DNA of 64,000 bases from Octopus vulgaris. Taxonomy: Eukaryota. The notes under the pieces are model-generated. The model was not told the DNA's origin and made no database searches. It saw nothing but the letters and a program-made list of their open reading frames with translations. Below are positions 13,650 through 27,702 of this stretch, piece by piece (the stretch's first letter is position 1; every line of letters begins with the position of its first letter). Where the stretch lies: assembly GCA_951406725.2 (NCBI GenBank), contig OX597842.1, forward strand, positions 11,160,001 to 11,224,000, written 5' to 3'. The position numbers and the translations under genes are program-made.

Positions 13650-13651
13650 AC

Positions 13652-13717
<66 letters not shown>

Positions 13718-13718
13718 G

Positions 13719-13808
<90 letters not shown>
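13650..13808. repeat. (GATA)n tetranucleotide microsatellite
   Basis: Visible directly. Confidence 0.95.
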
Positions 13809-14343
13809 CACACATTATAAGAGGGGCTTCTTCAAAATTTCAGTCAATCAAATTCAATCACAAGGCACTGACTTATAGTTGCAGACATTTGCTGAAGGTG
13901 GCACATATTGGGATTGAACCTGAGCCCACGTTGTTTCAGAACGAACTTTTTAACCTAAAAACAGTACTTTGTAAATTAAGAAATATTTGGAACAGACACG
14001 AAATATTTTCTTGTCTTCAATCGGCGCACCGGAGATTATGCAATGAAAATGAAGTTGAGAAAACTTATGAAGACAAACCGGAAGTTGAAGATTATGAACC
14101 GAGGACAGACGTGACTGTAAATGACGCGAATTATTGACGACAAAAATGACATCGAAATATTCTTATTTTGAGGATCACAAAAGAAATTGGCTAGGAGAGG
14201 TTTCGTAAATACAAAGTGTGATAGAGTTAAGGTATGTATGCAGAGGAACTGGCGACTACAAAGAGAGCTAATGAAAGGAAATGGCAGACGACTTCTGCAC
14301 TTAACACCCCGGATGTTGTGACAGACACGTATTAAGTTTAGAC

Positions 14344-14407
<64 letters not shown>

Positions 14408-14408
14408 T

Positions 14409-14487
<79 letters not shown>

Positions 14488-16228
14488 GTATATATATGTA
14501 TATATATATATGAATGTATGTATATATACGTATACATATATGTATGTATGTGTGTATATATCTATGTAAATATATTTGTGTGTTTATATACATATATACA
14601 TATATATATATTATACATATATATGTTTATATATGCATATATGTATATACATATACATATATATATACACACACACATATATATAAGCACACACACGTTT
14701 CTATATATACAATTATCTATATATGTTTGTGCATATATATACGCATATATATATAGGTGTGTGTATGTATATACATTTATACGTATATATTCACACAAAT
14801 ACACACACACACACATACACACATATATATACACACTCTGTTAATGTCTGTTTTTATGTACAGGTATAACAAAAACAATTTTACATTACTCTCTTCGGTA
14901 ACTATTCATTTTTTGAGTACAGACTTATACTTAAACAAAAATACTGTTGACAGTGACTTCGAAGTCTCGGCCAATTAAACTACCGTCGGACTAGATCAAC
15001 TAGCTGGAACTTCGAAGTTCAAGAATAATATACGTTTTGCAAACAATTTGCATATGCAAGTTCCACCAGTGGACAGCTCCGCCTACCGGAATCCAGCAAA
15101 TATATGGGGTCATCTTGTTTAAGATATATATTTGTGTGTGTGTGTGTGGGTGTGTATAATATAAATAATATATATATATATATACATATATATGTTTATT
15201 CAAAGCAATGATTAGCTTTTGACGAAACCATGGTATCCTTTGCTTTCTGACTTTCTAATCATCTCATAATAATGACTTTTATGACCCTTATTACTACCTC
15301 AGTCCATCTAAATGTATATATCTGTCGTTAACTTTCATAAAAAGCCTTTTCTTTTTTTCTTTACAATGTGCATCTTCGTTGATTTTTCTTATTTTCCCCT
15401 TACATTTCCACGTGTATTTTATATTTTCTTTTTGTAACATATTTCTACTACAAACACACACACACACACATATACGTTCATTATATATAAAAACATTCAT
15501 TCTTATATTATTGCGGCGTTACGTGCACCCCCCCCCCCCCGTTTGTTTGTCCAATTTTAAACCCTGCACGACTTCTATACACACTGTCTTTCCTACCCGC
15601 CATTGCTTCTTCAGCAAACTTTTTGGCGCCCTCCGATTCTTCCCCCCTCTTCCTCCCATCCTCCTCCCCTCTTCCTCCCATCCTCCTTAATCCCTTCTTT
15701 CTCCTTTTCTCTTGGTCACTGATTCTGTCCCCTGCCTTCCACCCTCTTTGATTCCCTCTCTCTCTGTCTCTCTTTCTCTCTCTCTCCTGCAACCTGCTGC
15801 TTCTTAAACCATTCTGTTGGCCATCGTATCTCGACCAACATGTGTCCCCGCTACCGAAACGGTAATTATTTCTACGCCAGCTGCTATGTTGTTGTTGTTT
15901 CTGTCTCATTTGGTCTAAAGTCGTATGACAACCACCGTTATATATATTTTTGTTTATTCATTACTGTTTTCAATTTCGTTTTCGTCTCTTGTATTTACAT
16001 CCGTCTTGTGCGTTCACATTCCTGTCTTCTACCAAGAAATCTAATGCTTACAGCTTAGTTTTTTTTCTTGGGGCTGGCCGAGTTGGAGCAAATATCAGAA
16101 TTGAACAGCCGAAATTTGCTATGATGACTCGGTGTCTGACTGAAGATTGAAGGCTTCGAATGATTTGTCTGTGTTCCGTGTTCGTCCCTTCCTGTATTTC
16201 ACGTTCATTATATATAAAAACATTCATT

Positions 16229-16264
<36 letters not shown>

Positions 16265-16355
16265 ATCCAAACAAGAAAACACAGAAAAAAACAGCAACGC
16301 GAGGACGTGGAACAATTAAAGTATTATTTGACGTTCAGGAAAGAAGGGAAGGAGG

Positions 16356-16390
16356 GTTTAACGTTTCGAGCGGAGCTCTTCGTCGGAAAC
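16356..16390 (-). ncRNA. Minimal hammerhead motif (CCGACGA core variant) in a family G repeat
   Basis: Minus strand: gttt-CCGACGA-a-gagc/tcc/gctc-GAAAC-GTT-aaac. Confidence 0.65.
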
Positions 16391-16459
16391 AAGGAGAAGG
16401 AAAGATCCCAAGAAGGGAAGACAGAGGAAAAAAATATTTTTGCTGGTGGTGCTCAAGAG

Positions 16460-16497
<38 letters not shown>

Positions 16498-16504
16498 TAT
16501 ATAC

Positions 16505-16800
16505 GGAGGCACATGGCCTAGTGGTTAGAGCAGTGGACTCGCGGTCGAGGGATCGTTCGAATCTCAGACCGGGCGATGTGTGTGCTTATGAACGAAAACA
16601 CCTAAGTTCCACGCGGCTCCGGCAGAAGGTAATGGCCAACTTCTGCTGACTCTTTCGCCACAACCTTTCTCACTCTTTCCTCCTGCATCTTGCATCTGCG
16701 ACGGACCGGCGTCCCGTCCAGGTGGGGAACCTATACGCCAAGGAAACCGGGGAACCGGCCCTTATAAGACAGGCATGGCTCGAGAATGAACAGACATCAA
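16505..16800 (+). mobile_element. SINE family C (tRNA-derived), tail variant 1
   Basis: GGAGGCACATGGCCTAGTGGTTAGAGC (A box) and GTTCGAATC (B box). The 3' part CTGCGACGGACCGGCGTCCCGTCCAGG resembles the V-SINE domain as I recall it; not verified. Confidence 0.85.
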
Positions 16801-17423
16801 CAATGCATATATACACACATACATGTACATGCTTACATATATATGTATATATACATTCATATATGGGTACAACGGTGTACTGCATCACAATTCTATATTG
16901 TAAATCCGTGGATGGTTTCCAGACAAACAGGTTTTTACACAGAGAAATACATTGGGTTGACAATTAAGTTCCCGCGGCTTTTTAGATTTTGGAAGTTATT
17001 GCGTTTTTGAATTTTGGAATGTATTTTTTTTTTCGAGAATTCTATTTTTGAATCATTTTGGAATCTATTTTATTTTCTAGTTAATTTTTGTTAATTTTTG
17101 TTTATTTTCAGATCATTAAAATGGAATGTCAAGTTAAGAAAAACGAGCATTTTCGACACCTCCTTCTTTTTGCTTTTAATCAAGGTTCTAAGGCCACAAA
17201 AGCTGCTGGCGACATTTGTGCTGTGTAAGAGAGGGTGCCATAGCTGAAAGAACCGTTCGTGATTGGTTATACCAAGTTCAAAAATAGAAATTTTGACCTC
17301 AAAACGCACCTCGTTCTGACCGTCCAGTTGAGTTCGATGAAGAGCGATTAAACCAACTTTTGCACAAAAATTCTCGTCAAACGACAAGGGAACTGGCAGA
17401 GAAAATGGAATGCTCCCACACTG

Positions 17424-18041
17424 TTTTACACTTTATGGAGAAAATGGGGGTAATTGGGGAGGATGGAGTGGGGGAATACCTATTTCTTTATTACCCACAA
17501 GGGGCTAAACATAGAGGTGACAAACAAGGACAGACATAGGTATTAAGTCGATTACATCGACCCCAGTGCGTAACTGGTACTTAATTTATCGACCCCGAAA
17601 GGATGAAAGGCAAAGTTGACCTCGGCGGAATTTGAACTCAGAACGTAACGGCAGACGAAATACCTATTTCTTTATTACCCACAAGGAGCTAAACACAGAG
17701 GGGACAAACAAGGACAGACATAGGTATTAAGTCGATTACATCGACCCCAGTGTGTAACTGGTACTTAATTTATCGACCCCGAAAGGATGAAAGGCAAAGT
17801 TGACCTCGGCGGAATTTGAACTCAGAACGTAACGGCAGACGAAATACCGCTAAGCATTTCGCCCGGCGTGCTAACGTTTCTGCCAGCTCGCCGCCTTTTG
17901 GGGGGAATACCATTTCTATAGTCCTCTTCTATGTGGGTGATACATGCGTGCGTGTGCGTGCGTGGTGTGTTTGTGTGTGTGTGTGTGTGTATGTGTGTGT
18001 GTGTACAAAATGAAGTTTGTTTCATGCCCGACGCATGAATA
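17424..18041. mobile_element. Unclassified short dispersed repeat (family E) inserted in the mariner
   Basis: Reverse complement of 21471-21654, with the same two ends (TTTTACACTTTATGGAG... / ...CCGACGCATGAATA) and an internal (TG)n. Confidence 0.7.
17481..17896 (-). mobile_element. SINE family B with an internal direct duplication of about 185 bp
   Basis: Minus-strand head GGCGGCGAGCTGGCAGAAACGTTAG, B box GAGTTCAAATTCC and conserved CCTTTCATCCTTTCGGGGTCGATAAA. Flanking duplication GGGGGAATACC at 17470-17480 and 17901-17911. Confidence 0.9.
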
Positions 18042-18778
18042 GAGGAGCATCTTCACTCAATGGGAAAGGTTCAGAAGTATGGCGCATGGGTTCCGCATGC
18101 TGTAAGTGACAACAACAGAAATCAAGAGCCACAATCTCTGCTGGTTTGCTTGCTCGTCGCCGCTCAACTCATGGACACAAACAACGATTGTTTTTTATTT
18201 ACCGAATCGTTACTGGCGACGAAAAATGTTGTCTGTACATCAATATGAAGCAGCGTAAGGAATGGCTTAGCACCGCTAAACAAGCGACACCGCGCCTGAG
18301 ACAAGATCTTCATCTGCGTAAAACGATGTTGCGCGTTTGGTGCGTATGTGACCAGTCGAAGCGAACCCGAGCTACGAAGAACAACCTTATACAAGACAAA
18401 TAGCAAGGCACGACTACTTGTTACACTATCTAAGCAAGTTGGCTTGCCGAGGTGGCCTGCGGTTTCTAAGAAGCTGACTTGACTGCTGGAGTAGTGCTGG
18501 AGTCGGGAGGCAGCTCTTTGCAACAGTATCGTGTTTTCTGTGTAAGACAGAAGCGTAAAAACCCGTACAGTAATTAGCAAGACTATTCGTTCGAGCTAAT
18601 ATTTTATTTAAAAAATAATTGTCGTTGACATTTTCAGATGTCAGTCATCTGATGTCAGATGTAAAAAGACGAATGTTGTTTAGTGAAGTATGTGTGTGTG
18701 TGTGTTTGTATGTGTAATTATATGTGTTTATGTATAAAATTATATATATGTATATGAATATATACATATGTATACAAT

Positions 18779-18841
<63 letters not shown>

Positions 18842-18875
18842 CATATATACATATATATATACATATATATGTATG

Positions 18876-18919
<44 letters not shown>

Positions 18920-19859
18920 CACACACACCTATATGTATGTATATTCATTTATTTCTTTACTCCATTAATTCTTACAGTTTTTGACTACGGTCCTGCTGGA
19001 GCATCACCTTAAAGGTGTTTTAGTCGAAGAAATCGACCCCAGGAGAAGTTCTTTATGAGCCCTAGTACTTATTCTATCGGTCTCTTTTGCTTCATGACGT
19101 ACAGCTTTGTATATTCGTATATACAAATCTATCCACGTATCTGTGGTCCTGTCTAATAGAAGGAAATTCTTGTCGAAAGTGACGGCGATAGAACTGAACA
19201 CAAAACCTTGTTGTTCGGAATGAAACTAATTCAAAGAACTACACTGCGCTACACACACGCACGCACACAAATACACACACACATAAACGCACATGTACAC
19301 ACACGGGCATACATATACATATATGAGTGTGTCAAAATATATGTATATATATATATATATATCATTGTATGTACGTACACAAGTAGTATACGCATATGCA
19401 TATCTATGTATATGCGCATATATACATATATAAATATATATATGCATGTATATATTTATATATACATATATACGTGTTTACAAATAAATACGAATATACA
19501 TAAAATATTAATGTATATATATATATATATATATGAATATATGTACATAATCCTATATGAATATTTGTGTGTGCATAGTTATATGTATGTATGGATATAT
19601 GCATATATGTAATTATGTGTATATATATATATATATATACATATATACATACATATATATATATATATATATCTGTATATGCATATACATATATATTTTC
19701 ACACCCACCCATGCACACATATATATATATATATACCTATATTTATATACGTTGGCGCGTATGTTTGTACGTTCACACACACGTGATTACACAGATATAT
19801 ACCACCATTCTACTGTCTACTTTCTACACACTCTACTCTCTCCCTCTTTTTCTATCTCC

Positions 19860-19968
<109 letters not shown>

Positions 19969-20991
19969 TTTTACATGTATATTTGTATATATGAATATAT
20001 ATAATTATGCATGTATGTATCTGTATATGTATACACCCGCATATATAGATTTCTTTATGTTATACATACAAAATACAAATATATACACGATGATGAGAGA
20101 AATAGCGCACAATTGAATATATTGTTGCAAATTGTTGGACAGCTCGTGATAAGAATAACGAGTTTATAACGGATGCTCACCCCGTTTGACATCTGGCTAT
20201 TCTTCATCCTACCCCAGAAATACTGGTACCTATTGCTAAAATCTTCGATAGTCTGGGGTAATCTAGGATAATGGAATTACAGAATATATGCTTCTGTAGT
20301 GTACATTCCCCACCCTGCACCGCCCAACAGACACACAGTCCGTGGTTGGGAAGTTTTCAGAAACGAATGGAATTTTCTGTTCTGCTTTGATTTTCTGCAT
20401 TCGCCTGCATAAATATATATTAATGTGGGTGTATCTGTATATACACACATATGTACATATGTAGATCTATATAATAATGCATGTATATAAACAAGATATA
20501 TATTTATATACATATATGCATATATATATATAGATATATGCATATATATAGAGAGAGAAATATTTATATACATAAATGTATTTATATATCTATATTAATA
20601 TTTGTATACAGTTTTATAGATGTGCATATGTAAACACATACCTATATATACATTATAAGTACATATGTAGATGTATGTATATAACAATGTGTGTATATAA
20701 ATAATATATATATATATTTATATACATATATGCATATATATATAGATATAAGCATATATATATAGAGAGAAATATTTATATATATAAATGTATTTATATA
20801 TCTATATTAATATTTATGTACAGTTTTATAGATGTGCATATGTAAACACATACGTATATATACATTATACATACATCATACATATAGTATGAGTTTGTTA
20901 ATTGTCCATATCTTCTGCATTTATGCACATATCTCTATATATCCATCAACTCGTGTATCTCTCACTCTCTATATATGTGTGTGTGTATGTG

Positions 20992-21024
<33 letters not shown>

Positions 21025-21241
21025 ATATATGTATATGTATGTATGTAGAGAGAGAGGAGGAGGGAAAGAGAGAGGTGAAGGGAGAAACGGTCATATAGAT
21101 GCACATATATATATATAGGCACGTATATATATGGCATATACAAATATGGACGGATTTTATTATATGCACACACACATGCATGCATATATATATGTGCATA
21201 TATATATATATATATATTCATATATATATTTTATATATATA

Positions 21242-21317
<76 letters not shown>

Positions 21318-21340
21318 CACGCATTCGTAAAAACACGCAC

Positions 21341-21424
<84 letters not shown>

Positions 21425-21470
21425 ACGCAGAAATATAATTTATTGTATGTTTGCATATAAACTTAATGTT

Positions 21471-21654
21471 TATTCATGCGTCGGGAATGAAACAAACTTC
21501 ATTTCGTACACACACACACATACAAACACGCACACACATGCGCACGCATGCATCACCCACATACAGTGGGGGGGGACTCTAGAAATTATATTTCCCACCC
21601 CCTCACACCATTCTCCCCACCCCCACTCCCCCATTTTCTCCATAAAGTGTAAAA
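21471..21654. mobile_element. Family E repeat, uninterrupted copy
   Basis: Reverse complement of 17424-18041 once SINE B is removed. Confidence 0.7.
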
Positions 21655-22069
21655 ACAAAACAGAAAAAAATCACAAAACCAAAAACCGCCAACCAAGCAA
21701 AATGGACGACCAAAACTTTTTTCCTTCTTCCGGAAACAAAAAGCGGCCATATTGATCGCTGCTTTTATTTCAAGTGTACAATCGCCATTTTCTTAAGTGT
21801 TGCATTTCTTCTTCGTCCTTGCGTTATTACGTTGTTGTTGCGGTTGTTGTTGTTGTTGGTGTTGTTATTGTCATGTTTTTATTATTTGCTTTTCTGTTCG
21901 TTGGTATTTTTATTTGTGTTTTTTTTTTTGTGGCTATTTGTTATAATTGTGGCTGGTATTTTTCGCATAGCTGTTGATGTGTTTGTTCGTGTTCGTGTTG
22001 TTCTTCTTGCTGTGGCTGATATTATTAATTTTTTTCGCTTCTGATATTGTTGCTGTTGTTGTTGTAGTA

Positions 22070-22112
<43 letters not shown>

Positions 22113-22177
22113 CTGTCTTTTTTTGTTCTTGTGGCTGTTGTTGCTGTAATTTTTTGCTGCTGCTGTTGTTGTTGCTG

Positions 22178-22894
22178 TTGCTGTTGAGCGAAGCGGTCTT
22201 CGTGGGAGAAGTGCGAAACGTGGTCCCTTTGCTATTCGTAAGACCCGCAGAAGAGAAAGCAGGTCAACCCCCGACACCGAGAGCATCGACGGATGGATGA
22301 ATGTGCATCCAGGCTCAGCGGTTGCGTAGGAAGTCGGGGACAAGAAACAGGAAGAAAGAGTGAGAAAGAAAGTCGGAGCGAAAGAGTACAACAGGGGTCG
22401 CCACCACCCCCTGCCGGAGACTTGTGGTGGTGGTGGTGGCGGTAGTGGTGGTGGTGGTAGTGGTGGTGGTGATGATTGTGGTGGTGGTAGTGGTGGTGGT
22501 GGTGGTAGTGGTGCTGGTGGTGATGATGTTTGTGTTGCTGTTGAGCGGACGGTCTTCGTCCCAGAGCTCGCAAGACGGGAGAAGTCCCAAACGTGGTCCT
22601 TTGCTATTCGTAAGACCTGCAGAAGAGAAAGCAGGTCAACCCTCGACTCACCGAGAGCATCGACGGATGGATGAATGCGCATCCAGGCTCAGCGGGGACA
22701 AGAAACAGGAAGAAAGAGTGAGAGAAAGTTGGAGCCAAAGAGTACAACAGGGGTCGCCACCACCCCCTGCCGGAGCCTTGTGGAGCTTTAAGTGTTTTCG
22801 CTCAATAAACATACACAACGCCCGGTCTGGGAATTGAAACCGCGATCCTCCGACAGCGAGTCCGCTGCTCTAACCACAGAGCCATTGCGCCTCC
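22178..22894 (-). mobile_element. SINE family C, tail variant 2: full copy 22535-22894 and headless copy 22178-22420
   Basis: Minus-strand head GGAGGCGCAATGGCTCTGTGGTTAGAGC...GGTTTCAATTCCC. The tail ends ...CGCTCAACAGCAAC in (AAC/CAG)n. Confidence 0.85.
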
Positions 22895-22924
22895 TGTTGT
22901 TGGTGCTGGTTATTGTTGTTGTTG

Positions 22925-23469
22925 TTAAGCAACAAGACGGGTAAGGGTTATTAGGCGATGGTCTAGAGAGTTTAGGGGCGGGGGACCCCAGACCTTGGAA
23001 GAAAAAAACTTTGGTCGTCTTGTTGTAGTCGAGGGCTCTTCGTTGACGCCCGACTCAACTGGGAGGTGGCCCTCGAAGTCGCTGGAAATTGAGATCTCCA
23101 GGTCCAAACTCTTGAACGGCTGCTGCTGCTTCTACTACTACCATCACCATCACCGCCACAACCACCACCACCACTAACACAGCAACAAGCACAATCACCG
23201 CTAACACCGCCACTACCTATTTCTTTACTACCCACAAAGGGCTAAACACAGAGGGGACAAACAAGGACAGACACACGGATTAAGTCGATTATATCGACCC
23301 CAGTGTGTAACTGGTACTTAATTTAATCGACCGCGAAAGGATGAAAAGCAAAGTCAACCTCGGCGGAATTTGAACTCAGAACGTAACGACAGACGAAATA
23401 CTACTAAGCATTTCGCCCAGCGTGCTAACGTTTCTGCCAACTCGCCGCCACTACCGCTGCTGCTACTGC

Positions 23470-23566
<97 letters not shown>

Positions 23567-23765
23567 AAGCAACAAGACGAGTAAGGGCGATTAGGTGATG
23601 GTCTAGGGTTTAGGGGCGGGAGACCCCAGACCCTGGGAAAAAAAAAGAAATCTTTGGTCGTCTTGTTGTAGTCGATGGCTCTTCGTTGACGCCCGACACC
23701 ACTGGGAGGTGGCCCTCGAAGTCGCTGGAAATGGAGATCTCCAGGTCCAAATTCTTGAACGGCTG
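22925..23765 (-). mobile_element. Two copies of an about 200-bp retro-element with (AAC)n tail (22925-23125, 23564-23765), flanking a SINE B (23215-23449)
   Basis: Both copies read (GTT)n-TTAAGCAACAAGACG...CTTGAACGGCTG with the same two ends. A SINE B motif lies between them. Confidence 0.75.
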
Positions 23766-24034
23766 TCTTTATTCTTACTGCTTTTATTACTAAAGTTGTT
23801 GTCACGCCGTTTCTCAGTTTCTTGTCCTTGCATCTTCGCATTACTTATTCTTTTCGTTGTCACCATTTTTCTTGTTAATCGCCATATTACCGTCAGTTCC
23901 ATTCTTGTTCTTACAATTGTCATTATTGCAATTCGTATAAAGAATTTTGATGTCCATTCTGTCAAATGATTGTAGTTTGACACCAGAGAAGTCTGATGGA
24001 GCAGTATTATGATCCGTTCTTTAAATAAAACGCA

Positions 24035-24373
24035 CTGTGGTAAGTAGCTTGCTAACCAACCACATGGTTCCGGGTTCAGTCCCACTGCGTGGCATCTTGG
24101 GCAAGTGTATTCTGCTATAGCCCCGGGCCGACCAATGCCTTGTGAGTGGATTTGGTAGACGGAAACTGAAAGAAGCCCGTCGTATATATGTATATATATA
24201 TATATATCATAGGCGCAGGAGTGGCTGTGTGGTAAGTAGCTTGCTTACCAACCACATGGTCCCGGGTTCAGTCCCACTGCGTGGCATCTTGGGTAAGTGT
24301 CTTCTGCTATAGCTCCAGGCCGACCAATGCCTTGTGGGTGGATGTGGTAGACGGAAACTGAAAGACGCTCGTC

Positions 24374-24445
<72 letters not shown>

Positions 24446-24677
24446 GTATGTGAATGTGTGTGTTTGTGTGTCTGTGTTTGTCCCCCTAGCATTGCTTGAC
24501 AACCGATGCTGGTGTGTTTACGTCCCCGTCACTTAGCGGTTCGGCAAAAAGAGACCGATAGAATAAGTACTGGGCTTACATAAAGAATAAGTCCCGTGGT
24601 CGAGTTGCTCGACTAAAGGCGGTGCTCCAGCATGGCCGCAGTCAAATGACTGAAACAATTAAAAGAGTAAAAGAGAG
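24035..24677 (+). mobile_element. SINE family A: head fragment (24035-24183) and full copy (24212-24677)
   Basis: Same A and B boxes and (GTAAAAGA)n tail. Confidence 0.92.
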
Positions 24678-24976
24678 TATCGTCGTGTAAACGGCTCCGG
24701 TTTAAGCGGTCAAGTGTGCGGAACGTGAAGGCCAGCTAACATTGCCGTAACGGGAGATTATCCTCTCCCCAAAGCGCCGTCGTAACAACTGGATTGTTTC
24801 TCTGACTGGTATGAACAGTTGCTCCATCTTACCCCATACTTAGATTGTTTAATGAAATGAAGTAGCATGAAACGATTGTACCACACTACCTTGGATATCC
24901 TTGTTGCTTATTTTGATTATATATATATATATATATCTAATATAAGGATAGAATTTTTCAAAAAAAGAATATTCTT

Positions 24977-25835
24977 TCTTTCTTTTCTTTTACTTGTTTC
25001 AGTCATTTGACTGCGGCCATGCTGGAGCACCGCCTTTAATCGAGCAACTCGACCCCGGGACTTATTCTTTTGTAAGCCCAGTACTTATTCTATCGGTCTC
25101 TTTTGCTGAACCGCTAAGTGACGGGGACGTAAACACACCAGCATCGGTTGACAAGCAATGCTAGGAGGACAAACACAGACACAAACACACACACGCATGT
25201 ATATATATACATATATACGACGGGCTTCTTTCAGTTTCCGTCTACCAAATCCACTCACAAGGCTTTGGTCGGCCCGAGGCTATAGTAGAAGACACTTGCC
25301 CAAGGTGCCACACAGTGGGACTGAACCCGGAACCATGTAGTTCATAAGCAAGCTACTTACCACACAGCCACTCCTATGCCTATATATATATATATATATA
25401 TATATATACGACGGGCTTCTTTCAGTTTCCGTCTACCAAATCCACTCACAAGGCTTTGGTCGGCCCGAGGCTATAGTAGAAGACACTTGCCCAAGGTGCC
25501 ACGCAGTGGGACTGAACCCGGAACCATGTGGTTGGTAAACAAGCTACCTACCACACATCCATCCTGCGCCTATATATATGTATGTATATATTATTATCCA
25601 TATATTATTGTAGTATAAAAGACTTTTATTGTCACTTTTCCTCCGTAAATTATCAAGAGTTTGAGTTTGTTTACAAATATTATATTTCGGCTTCCGTCTT
25701 CCAGATTCACTAACAAGGCTTCAGTCGGCCCGAGGCTATAGTAGAAGAGACTTGCCCAAGGTACCACAAAGTGGGAGTGAACCTGGAACCGTGTGGTTGC
25801 GAAGGAACCTTCTTACCACACAGCTACGCCTACGC
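24977..25835 (-). mobile_element. SINE family A full copy (24977-25380) plus two tandem head halves
   Basis: Reverse complement of family A. The head half is repeated at 25406-25570 and, diverged, at 25685-25835. Confidence 0.9.
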
Positions 25836-25871
<36 letters not shown>

Positions 25872-26109
25872 GTGTATGTGTGCGTGTGTTTGTGCATATA
25901 GGCACATCCATACACACATCCAAAGATTTCTGTCTGTGTGTATGTGTGTGTGTGTGTTGGTGTCTGTGTGTGCTGCCGGTAGGCGGCGTGAGTGTCGCCG
26001 TTTCGGGATACAATTTGTAAATTACAACGTATACTCTCTCCTAATGAGTTTCATCACGGTATCGGTTCAAGTGGGCGTGGTACGATGGTGTTGATTGAGG
26101 TGGTGCCGC

Positions 26110-26900
<791 letters not shown>

Positions 26901-27127
26901 AGCGGTGACATCTGAGTGCATTGGTGTTTATTTTACCGTGTATTTACGCACATATATATATACACACGTGTACATATATATGTTCCTGTTATACGCACAT
27001 ATATATACACACGTGTACATATATCTGTTCCTGTTATACGCACATATATATGTGTATAAATTATGAGTATGGCTGTGCGTGCACGCGTGTGTGTGATAAT
27101 ATATACGTTTAGATGTAAGCGTGAAAC

Positions 27128-27161
<34 letters not shown>

Positions 27162-27301
27162 CATATATACCTGTCTCTTCTATATTTTAATTATTATAAA
27201 TCTTCCACCGAGGAGAGAACCGGTTTCCAACAAAGATACAAGGCTCCGTCGTTGGGATGTGGTTAATACAGACAAATTCACATTTGGAACTTGAGAAAAG
27301 A

Positions 27302-27490
27302 CTTACTCTTTTACTTGTTTCAGTCATTTGACTGTAGCCATGCTGGAGCACCGCCTTTAGTCGAGCAAATCGTCTCAAGGACTTATTCTTTGTAAGCCTA
27401 GTATTTATTCTATCGGTGTCGTTTGCCGAACCGCTAAGTGACGGGGACGTAAACACACCTCATCTGTTGTGAAGCGATGTTGGGGGAACA

Positions 27491-27566
<76 letters not shown>

Positions 27567-27702
27567 TACGACGGGCTTCTTTCAGTTTCCGTCTACCAAA
27601 TTCACTCAGAAGGCTTTGGTCGGCCCGGTGCCATGCAGTAGGACTGAACTCGAAACCATGTGGTTGGTAAGCAAGCTACTTACCACACAGCCACTCCTTG
27701 CT
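27302..27702 (-). mobile_element. SINE family A with an internal deletion
   Basis: Matches the family A tail, body and head. Confidence 0.9.

Larger units (their letters stand above)
16952..18345 (+). mobile_element. Decayed mariner 5' half, interrupted by nested repeats
   Basis: TIR TTGGGTTGACAATTAAGTT. ATG at 17121 gives MECQVKKNEHFRHLLLFAFNQG. The frame resumes at about 18042 with EEHLHSMGKVQKYGAWVPH and RIVTGDEK. Confidence 0.88.

Noticed and set aside
13990-14160. Short acidic frame ([20 protein letters not shown])
   Set aside because: Too short and lacks a diagnostic motif. It could be a DNA transposon remnant but I cannot support that.
15061-15082. REST/NRSE-like CACCAGTGGACAGCTCC
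   Set aside because: Only a partial match with wrong spacing, and REST is not expected in the inferred lineage.
20455-20868. About 205-bp tandem duplication of TA-rich sequence (also short tandem units at 26945-27050)
   Set aside because: Ordinary slippage or unequal exchange within low-complexity DNA.
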